A stretch of DNA of 31,798 nt, from NCBI GenBank assembly GCA_002269645.1, contig NIVC01003308.1, forward strand, positions 1-31,798, given 5' to 3'. The DNA is from Macrostomum lignano. Taxonomy: Eukaryota. Below, in pieces: positions 11,284 to 31,798 of this stretch (position 1 is the stretch's first letter; every line of letters starts with the position of its first letter). The position numbers were made by a program, and so were the translations under genes. Below the pieces are notes generated by a model. The model was not told where the DNA came from, made no database searches, and was given only the letters and a program-made list of their open reading frames with translations.

Positions 11284-11405
11284 ATTCTGTAGGATTTGAG
11301 TTCAGATTCTGTAGATTTTGAGTTCAGATTCTGTAGAGTTTGAGTTCAGATTCTGTAGAGTTTGTGTTTGGATCTGTAAACCCTGAGTTCAGAGTCTGTA
11401 TGTAG
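11284..11405. repeat. 22-bp tandem repeat (TGAGTTCAGATTCTGTAGAGTT), ~5 copies
   Basis: Three near-perfect copies with degenerate flanking copies. Confidence 0.85.
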
Positions 11406-11696
11406 ACTGTGGGTTTTTTAAAACTTTCAAAATAAAGAATAAAGAGTCTCAATAATTTAGAAGTGAATTTTTTTAAATAAGGAAATATTTTCTGTCCATT
11501 GTTGTTAGACAACCCAGCTCTGGATTTTTATATGCGAGCTGCTTTGAACCAGCTGTTCCCAGCTGACCCAGGTTGGTTTTATTCATTATTTTTAGGGAGG
11601 TCATGGACCATTTTTCAAGCTTAATATACTCGTCTCAACAGCTTTCAGGACAGGTTGTTGTTTGTACTATAGTTAATATAATAATGATAACAATAT

Positions 11697-11850
11697 TCCG
11701 ATGACTCATTAGCACAGACATGTGCGCCAATACTGTACACAGGTACGCACTCATGCACACAGCTCACACAGAGTGTCCAACGGCCCTCACTTTCCCTGAC
11801 GTCAGACATGTACTCTCTGAGCCTTGGGGTTGGCCCTGCTCAGTTGAGCA
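11697..11850 (-). mobile_element. Diverged, truncated copy of the SINE-like element found at 19894 and 22679
   Basis: Colinear motifs shared with the other copies: TCCG..GACTC, CACACA.CTCACACAG.AGTGT.CA.CGGCCCT.ACTTT, CATGTAC, GCCTTGGGG.TTGGC. The tRNA-like head is absent. Confidence 0.6.
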
Positions 11851-11955
11851 GTGTCCTTGAAAAAATCAAAATGAGGATTCGATACAAGGATTATAAATTT
11901 CATATCACGTGAAATCAAGCGTTATCTTTTAGTAAAATGCCGGAGCTTTGTTCCA

Positions 11956-12846
11956 TTTAGGTCGAATGAAATTTAAGTCTAATGAAATTTAGGTCTAATG
12001 AAATTTAGGTCTGATGAAATTTAGGTCTAATGAAATTTAGGTCTGATGAAATTTAGGTCTAATGAAATTTGGGTCTGATGAAATTTAGGTCTAATGAAAT
12101 TTAGGTCTGATGAAATTTAGGTCTAATGAAATTTAGGTCTGATGAAATTTAGGTCGAATGAAATTTAAGTCTAATGAAATTTAGGTCTAATGATATTCAG
12201 GTCTGATGAAATTTAGGTCTAATGAAATTTAGGTCTGATGAAATTTAGGTCTAATGATATTCAGGTCTAATGAAATTTAGGTTTAATGAAATTTAGGTCT
12301 AATTAAATTTAGGTCAAATGAAATTTAGGTCTAATGAAATTTAGGTCTAAGGAAATTTAGGTCTGATGATATTTAGGTCTAATGAAATTTTGGTCTAATG
12401 AAATTTAGGTCTAATGAAAATTAGGTCTAATGATATTCAGGTCTAATGAAATTTAGGTCTAATGAAATTTAGGTCTGATGAAATTTAGGTCTAAGGAAAT
12501 TTAGGTCTAATGATATTTAGGTCTAATGAAATTTTGGTCTAATGAAATTTAGGTCTAATGAAAATTAGGTCTAATGATATTCAGGTCTAATGAAATTTAG
12601 GTCTAATGAAATTTAGGTCTAATGAAATTTAGGTCTAATGATATTTAGGTCTAATGAAATTTAAGTCTAATGAAATTTAGGTTTAATGAAATTTTTTAAA
12701 AACTTGTGTCTAGTGAGATTTTGGTCTAATGAAATTTAGGTCTAATGAAAATTAGGTCTAATGATATTCAGGTCTAATGAAATTTAGGTCTGATGAACTT
12801 TAGGTCGAATGAAATTTTTCTAAAAAAATGTGTCTAATGAAATTTA
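11956..12846. repeat. 16-bp minisatellite (TAATGAAATTTAGGTC), ~55 units, containing a 144-bp higher-order duplication
   Basis: Unit read directly. The variant series starting CTAAGG at 12347 recurs at 12491 (144 bp = 9 units). Confidence 0.95.
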
Positions 12847-12994
12847 GTTCAAAGTAGATTTTGAGCCTGTGAAATTTACATTCATGTCTTACTTCTTATT
12901 ACGCTATGCCAGTGAAAAAAAATTGAAATTTCGGTCTTCTGAAACTGCCTCCTCTGCTTGCACACACAGCTTCGGAGCGAATCGCTGAGCACGC

Positions 12995-13040
12995 GAGGGC
13001 GGCCTCTCAGCCAATGAAATTCACCCTGCACCGCCCCAAT
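12995..13040 (+). promoter_or_regulatory. Candidate proximal promoter of the Lhx2/9 gene: GC box and CCAAT boxes
   Basis: GGGCGG at 12997-13002, AGCCAATGA (NF-Y consensus; CCAAT at 13011-13015) and a second CCAAT at 13036-13040, about 100-140 bp upstream of the proposed ATG at 13140, in a GC-rich patch. Motif match only. Confidence 0.4.
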
Positions 13041-13139
13041 GGGGCAGGCCAGGTTTCAACTGAAATATTTCAGTAGATCGCCAGGGGGGGGCACAAATCC
13101 CACAGCCGGCCTCCCGCAGAGCGCATTTTCAGCTCAGGC

Positions 13140-24866
<11,727 letters not shown>

Positions 24867-26126
24867 GACTGCAGACTACTGATTAAAATAGCGGTGAGTA
24901 GTGTGGAGTTGTACATTGAAAGTTTAAACACTGATTAAGTATATATTTGGTGTTTGTCAGTAGCCAAGTCACGAATATGTGCGTATTGTATTTTAAATGC
25001 AATCGAATTCAAATGTTGGCATGTGACACAAATTTGTATTCATTGAAAAACTTTATTGGCCGCTTGTAATATTGCGTAATTTTGTTTTAATCAGCATGCA
25101 CTTGACTTGAGCACTCGAATTTAGCAAACTTTTGTGCGTATGCAATTCAGACTTGCTTAGACATGCTTTATCGTGAAAGAAGATTTTCTGGTTTATTATT
25201 GATAGCTAACTGTCTAATGTTTCCATTGCTACTGAAAGCATAACATAATTATTGAAGTTTAGATATTCTACAAAATTGTACGCCCGGATTACTGCCACTT
25301 TTTACTTCAATAAAATGAAATTGAAACGGTAATTAATCTTGTTAGTTTCTAGAACATGGCGCTATTAATATCCTATCAAAAAATGCGTAAATAAAACCGG
25401 CCTATTTTCAATGAAAATATATACAGTCTGCCCTATCGTGAAAATTTTTTTGTTTAGAAACTCGTGCCTTGGTCAGTTTCTTCCGGATTTAATTTTCCAG
25501 TCTATTTAAACAATTATAATAAAAGAATAGCTAAACAGTTTAATCAAATGCACAATAAGTAGTGACTCGATATAATGTTAATCCCGTAAGAAAAATAAGA
25601 AAGGAATTTTTAAATAATTTATTACCTGTATTAATTATTCTATTATTTCAATATTTAAGAATAAAAACTTTCTTCAAACGCCCAGCAATCTATTTTAGAA
25701 TAAATTTATTTGTTTAAGTATCACAAGAGTTGCAGTTTGAAATTTATAGAACCATATACCTGCTGACACTTATTTCTATTCGCTGGAATGCAAACCAGAA
25801 ACCGACAAGCATTAAAATAAATCCTTATTAAGAAGAATACAATAAACTTTAACAATAAAATTGCATACTTTTCAGCAATATTATTCCTGACAATAATTAG
25901 CTAATATAACTGTTTGCTCATGCAATGATCATTTAGACATAGATTCAATCAGTAGTCATGACAGAAAAGTAAAACAAAATAATAATAAAGTTAAAGGCTT
26001 AGCCAACTTTGTTTTCATAAGGCTTCCTCCGACATTCCTGCACTGTATTATCTTTAGAATTAAAATGTCTCGATTCCTACTGTCAGTAGTAGCGTATAAA
26101 TGAATCACCAGCCAGCATTTGACTCC

Positions 26127-29100
26127 CTACTGGTCGCAGCTGGCCGCGGCTCCAGTGGCTCCTGGAGGGCAGTTGGCGGCAAACACCCAGTGGTTGGCGT
26201 CTGTCTCGGCCTTGTGATCGGTGAAGTAGGTCTGGCTGGACACATCGAACTCGGTGCCCATCAGGCCTCTGCAGTTTGAGTCAGGGGGTATTGCTAATTT
26301 ATCGTCGATATACGTGTCCTGATTACAAATCAATTGTGTCCTGATTACAGATCTATTGTGTCCTGACTACAGATCTGTTGTCCTGATTACAGATCTATTG
26401 TGTCGTGATTACAGATCTGTTGTCCTGATTACAGATCTATTGTCCTGATTACAGATCTATTGTGTCCTGATTACAGATCTATTGTGTCCTGATTACAGAT
26501 CTGTTGTGTCCTGATTACAGATCCGCTGTGTCCTGATTACAGATCTATTGTGTCCTGATTACAGATCTGTTGTGTCCTGATTACAGATCTGTTGTGTCCT
26601 GATTACAGATCTGTTGTGTCCTGATTACAAATCAATTGTGTCCTGATTACAGATCTATTGTGTCCTGATTACAGATCTGTTGTGTCCTGATTACAGATCT
26701 ATTGTGTCCTGATTACAGATCTATTGTGTCCTGACTACAGATCTGTTGTCCTGATTACAGATCTATTGTGTCCTGATTACAGATCTGTTGTGTCCTGACT
26801 ACAGATCTGTTGTCCTGATTACAGATCTATTGTGTCCTGATTACAGATCTGTTGTGTCCTGATTACAGATCTATTGTGTCCTGATTACAGATATGTCGTG
26901 TCCTGATTACAGATCTGTTGTGTCGTGATTACAGATCTATTGTGTCCTGATTACAGATCCGCTGTGTCCTGATTACAGATCAGTTGTGTCCTGATTACAG
27001 ATCAGTTGTGTCCTGATTACAGATCTGTTGTGTCCTGATTACAGATCTGCTGTGTCCTGATTACAGATACTGTCCTGAGTACTGTTCTTGCGCTTGTGCA
27101 CTGTTTAAATACTCAAAGTACATCTCTTATTGTTCGATCGACAAGTCGATTAGCAAGCCGAATCTCAGTACCTGATAACGAATTTGTCCTCCACAGCCAG
27201 ACCCTGGTTGGTCTTCGCATGCTTCAGGATCAGCGGCTCGCCAACCTGGAACCAAGGCGATGATATGGAATGAAGCTCAAGGCTGAGGAAAATCTGCGCA
27301 ATAATTTGAAAATATGACGGCTGGCTGGAATCTAAACGTTGAAGTTTAAAATCTGATTGATAAAGTTGCAGTTTAGGATTCAAATATTGCAGTTTAGGGT
27401 GTAATGATTGCAGTTCAGGATGTAATGATTGCAGTTTAGAATCTGATTGATAAAGTTGCAGTTTAGGTTCAAATATTGCAGTTGATGATTTAATGATTTC
27501 AGTTTAGGATGTAATGATTGCAGTTTAAGATGTAATGATTGCAGTTCAGGATGTAATGATTGCAGTTCAGGATGTAATGATTGCAGTTCAGGATGTAAAG
27601 ATTACAGTTTAGGATGTAATGATTGCAGTTTCAGATGCAAAGACTGCTCTGAAAGCACAGGTAATTCCGCGCTCACAGGAATTGGGGCGCCCTCGTACTC
27701 CATGCGCAGCTGCGGGTTGAAGTACTCAGCCCGCCAGTGTGTCAGGAAGCTGCTCTCGGCGGTGAACTGCACCGCCTGCTTGCCGTGCTTGCGCGGTGTG
27801 TCGCCAAATTTCACCCGATCCGACGATAGAAACATCTGCGGGTTTTTCATGCCCGTTTTGTACTACTGGCAGCGTAGATGCGGTGTTCTTTGTCTTTTTT
27901 TAATAAAAGGATCAGCTTTAACCATAAATAAGACAAACTAGTATGCGTGCCCGCTCCTTTTATGTTGAGTACATATTCGTCAGAAATCCATCAGGTATAG
28001 GCCCATCAAACACACAAGAAATCCATCAGGTCTAGGCCCATCAAACACACAAGAAATCCATCAGGTCTAGGCCCATCAAACACACAAGAAATCCATCAGG
28101 TCTAGGCCCATCAAACACACAAGAAATCCATCAGGTCTAGGCCCATCAAACACACAAGAAATCCATCAGGTCTAGGCCCATCAAACACACAAGAAATCCA
28201 TCAGGTCTAGGCCCATCAAACACACAAGAAATCCATCAGGTCTAGGCCATCAAACACACAAGAAATCCATCAGGTCTAGGCCCATTAAACACACCAGAAA
28301 TACATGTACATCAGGTCTAGGCCCATTAAACACACCAGAAATACATCAGGTCTAGGCCCAAGAAACACATCAGACAGAAACGCATCAGGTCTAAGCCCAA
28401 TAAACACTTTAGAAACTCTTCAGGTCTAGGCCTCTTCAGTTCTGAGAATCAGCGCATTAGAATCTATCTGCTTCAATCGACTTCTTCAACACATAAAATC
28501 TCCTTGAGCATCTCTCCAATCTCTTTAAAGCCAGTATAGTTCAGCAGCTCAGCAGGCACTCACCGGCTTGCCCAAACTGGAGTGAGTTGCCAACTGGAAC
28601 GGCTGATTGAAGGTCACCGGCTTGCCCTCGGGCGTGCCGTCAACGCTGACGATGGTGAAGACGTTGCGGCCCATGGCCTGGCAGGACTGGGCAGCGGAGG
28701 CCGGGCTGGGGTCGGGCAAGGCGCCAGCAGGGCTGCTCAGCACCTCCTCGCCGATGGACACGCTCAGCACGGAGGGGCAGCGGGGCTGGCAGCGGCCGAG
28801 ACGTACGAGAGCAGCGTCAGCGCCCGGGTTGCGCAGCTGGACCCGATCGCCGAAGTGCAGCAGGCCGTCCTGAGAGGTGCTCAGCGCGGCGCCAGACTGC
28901 AAGTTCCCGACAGAATTTAGTTATGAGCTGATTCGATGAGAACAACGAAAAATTAGCTTATTAGAAACCCCTCAGCTTCAGTTTTATGTTGCTGAGTGTT
29001 ACATGTTGTTGAGTGTTACATGTTGCTGAGTGTTACATGTTGCTGAGTGTGTTACATGTTGCTGAGTGTGTTGCATGTTGCTGAGTGTGTTGCACGTTGC

Positions 29101-30471
29101 TGAGTGTGTTACATGTTGCTGAGTGTGTTACATGTTGCTGAGTGTGTTACATGTTGCTGAGTGTGTTGCATGTTGCTGAGTGTGTTACATTTTGCTGAGT
29201 GTGTTACATGTTTCTGAGTGTGTTGCATGTTGCTGAGTGTGTGCTACATGTTGCTGAGTGTTACATGTTGCTGAGTGTGTGCTACATGTTGCTGAGTGTG
29301 TGCTACATGTTGCTGAGTGTTACATGTTGCTGAGTGTGTGCTACATGTTGCTGAGTGTTACATGTTGCTGAGTGTGTTACATGTTGCTGAGTGTTACATG
29401 TTGCTGAGTGTGTTACATGTTGCTGAGTGTTACAGGTTGTTGAGTGTTACATGTTGCTGAGGATGATAAATAAGTCAATGCGCTGTTCTCTCTATATACC
29501 CCGTGTGAGTAGCTGCTTTTTAATTTCCCTCACAATAAACTAATTTGGTACCGTAATTACTTACATCGGCAGAAGTTGATGACGAATTTGAGGCAACTGA
29601 CTTGTACAGATTGCCCACTTTCTGGGACAGCAGTTCACCGCGCTCTTTTTTCTCGAGGAAGTTCTTGATCGTGTCCTATGAATAATTTAGAAACAATGGG
29701 GTAAACTTTTATAGATACAAAGTTTGTAAATTGTTAAATTTGCTCAAAAATAGCATCTCATGATTCGTGACACTCTTTTTAGATATTCGCATTAAACCTA
29801 TGGACTGATCGATTCACTTATTTAGAGATGAGATTGAGAAATATCGATTGCTTTCAAATCTTATTTTATCAGCGTATTTTTTACAGCGCAGACTGGTAAA
29901 ATGCTCTTTATGAATGCATAGGTCTATACAGAATGCAATTAGTAAACTTAAATATATCTGAATAAATGCAATATTTAAAAAATTGCAATACTTTATCCGG
30001 TAATAAAAGCAACCATTAAGCACGGAAATATTGTTTATTGAAATATAAATATTATTGGATTGCATATTTGCCACAAAAATTACTGATAAGAATTAATGCC
30101 CTGAATTATTAGTAAAGGATAAAGTATAAAGTATAATTTGAAGTCGTCAGAAGGCAGAAGCAAAAATGCAATATACCCATGCAGTTCCTTTCATGACCAT
30201 CAACCCAAAAATTGTAAAAGTAATTTTTTATGGAATGATCAGTCATAGATAATTAAATTCTCTTCGTAAGTAGAGTTTGCTTTGAAATACGTATTCATCG
30301 GACGTTTTACGGTTTGCCGCTCATATTAGTGTTGGACACTGGAAACTGGAAAGTCTCACTGATGGGTGGACTGGTTAGGTTAATCCCGCGGTAACTTACC
30401 TCTTCAAGCTGGCAATCCTCAAACCAGTTTCCTACTCGCACCGACGGGTTGTATGTTCGAGCATGCGCCAT
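26127..30471 (-). CDS. CFAP161: Cilia- and flagella-associated protein 161 (C15orf26-like); exons 30471-30400, 29675-29565, 28896-28564, 27835-27677, 27245-27172, 26268-26127 (891 nt, 296 aa)
   Basis: The spliced product has motifs I recognise from CFAP161: MAHARTYNPSVRVGNWFEDCQLEE, FLEKKERGELL, DGLLHFGDRV, MGRNVFTI, MFLSSD, FNPQLRMEYEGAPIP, LILKHAKTNQGLA and DHKAETDANHW. All five introns are GT-AG with phases 0, 0, 0, 0, 2, and the length is close to the ~300 aa of the vertebrate protein. Confidence 0.88.
26314..27075. repeat. 22/20-bp minisatellite (GTGTCCTGATTACAGATCTATT), ~35 units, CFAP161 intron 5
   Basis: Read directly. Confidence 0.97.
27340..27632. repeat. 21-bp minisatellite (GCAGTTCAGGATGTAATGATT), CFAP161 intron 4
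   Basis: Near-perfect units at 27500-27630; more degenerate toward 27340. Confidence 0.9.
27982..28430. repeat. 35-bp minisatellite (AAGAAATCCATCAGGTCTAGGCCCATCAAACACAC), ~12 units, CFAP161 intron 3
   Basis: About 8 perfect units, then progressively diverged copies. Confidence 0.97.
28987..29460. repeat. 17/19/21-bp minisatellite (GTTGCTGAGTGT(GT)TACAT), CFAP161 intron 2
   Basis: Unit length varies with an internal GT dinucleotide. Confidence 0.95.
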
Positions 30472-30888
30472 ATTTCAGTATGCTTTCGCACCAGATGCTG
30501 AAAGCTCTAGAACGGACCGGATCAACTTGAAAATAAGAAATTAAGCTTGACAATATTAACTTTCAACAAGTACCACGGATCAAATAAAATTTGTGTTGCT
30601 TAACATAGTAACTATAATGCTTAACATTCTAACCATTTAAGTCATAATGTGCTATAAAGTAAGTATTTAAAATAGTTAAAATAAAGAATGCGCTAAAGCT
30701 AGGCATTTTTAATATTACACACGGTACTTTTTCTTATACCTAAAATAATTGCGGAATCTTTTTATTATTATTTACGTGCACTGTTTACGGCTCGTCTTTG
30801 TTTCTTGACTGGTATCAAAAGTTAGGCGCTATCACCAAGAATTATATACTCAGTGGTAAAAAATAAGCACAGCAATTAGCTTGCGAAA

Positions 30889-30958
30889 ATGGCTCATCCT
30901 CACAGATATAGCCACGGCCGACACGATCGCTCGCAGCACAATGACGATGAAGAAGGGG
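30889..30958 (+). CDS. Putative first coding exon of a gene divergent from CFAP161 (MAHPHRYSHGRHDRSQHNDDEEG); possible exon 2 from 31417
   Basis: Higher-GC patch with AAAATGG start context and a G|gtaagt donor at 30959. The acceptor gctgacag| at 31416 is phase-compatible and leads into a hydrophobic stretch (YLVLLLTAIIILQISLL). No family recognised. Confidence 0.4.
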
Positions 30959-31798
30959 GTAAGTTGCTAACATAATCATAATCATGATTTTACCAGGTTA
31001 GGGCCTATTTATTTAAGATTTATAATTTTTCCTGTGCTAGGTATACATATATAAAATATTGATATTATTTTTTATATATCAGTAATTTAATTCAATAATT
31101 ACCATTATTATTAGCTGATCGACTCATAACCTTCCTTTTTTAAGTTTAAAAGTTTTTATCTTATCTGTCTTATCAATCTTAATCTGAACATGTTCTACTA
31201 CGATGGATTGCAGGGATTGATATAACTTACACTTCTTAAATTTTGTCCAACTTGGAATATTCCAACTGTTATTCTGACTTATAATGAGGTTAATTAAAAG
31301 TTAGAACAATGGTCTGAATCTTCCAACTCTTATTCTGACTGATTATTTTAATTATACTAAAAGTCTAAATATAGCAAGTCCTGTGAGTGGGTGCCAATCA
31401 TTTTGTCTGCTGACAGTTCGTCTGCTAAGCAGACGAAAAGTTTTTCTTTCTAAAACTGTTTGTCTGCCAGGAAATGTGGGAGCCACATATTTGGTGCTGC
31501 TATTGACTGCAATCATCATATTGCAAATAAGCTTGCTGTCAAGTGCTCACATACTTTTTACAAATGACACAGATGTCCTTGCATTTGAGAAATTTTTAAA
31601 TGAGAATAACTATTCACCAATAATTTTATCTTTATCAAATTTTTTACAGTTTCCGTTCCACTGTTTTTAGTTAAGCTTTCTTATTTTAGGTGTATACTAG
31701 CAATCTACGCCCCATTGGGAGCCAAAGAAATGCAATACACGTTTTTTTAATAAACTACATATATCCTTGAAATCTTAAAAATCTCTTGTCAAACCTTG

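Noticed and set aside
24867-26126. Overlapping 3' UTRs of the convergent Lhx2/9 and CFAP161 genes
   Set aside because: Each gene has a candidate poly(A) signal before any overlap (plus strand ATTAAA at 24882 and AATAAA at 25309; minus strand AATAAA at 25710-25705), and such hexamers are common in this AT-rich region.
30590-30612. RFX X-box upstream of CFAP161 (GTTGCT...AGTAAC)
   Set aside because: The half-sites are too far apart for the GTNRCC-N0-3-RGYAAC consensus.

Overview
Eukaryotic (animal) genomic DNA with GC-rich, low-complexity exons and introns filled with tandem repeats. About 10 kb, roughly 30% of the window, is mini- or microsatellite. The style resembles a free-living flatworm such as Macrostomum, but that assignment is inference. 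From left to right: (1) a probable 3' exon of an unknown + strand gene after a 58-bp minisatellite; (2) a minus-strand gene (about 10733 to 2683/3166) for a ~2,500-aa, mostly disordered protein with two N-terminal and about 3-6 C-terminal ubiquitin-like domains, split in the ORF track by four -1 frameshifts that each sit at a homopolymer run, plus small 3' exons the track misses; (3) a five-exon LIM-homeobox gene of the Lhx2/9 (apterous) class on + (13140-24866, 468 aa model); (4) a six-exon CFAP161 (C15orf26-like) cilia gene on - (30471-26127, 296 aa model); (5) a possible first exon of a head-to-head gene at 30889. Three copies of a tRNA-derived SINE-like element are also present. No prokaryotic system or CRISPR array is supported. 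The most unusual element is the giant multi-ubiquitin-like protein.
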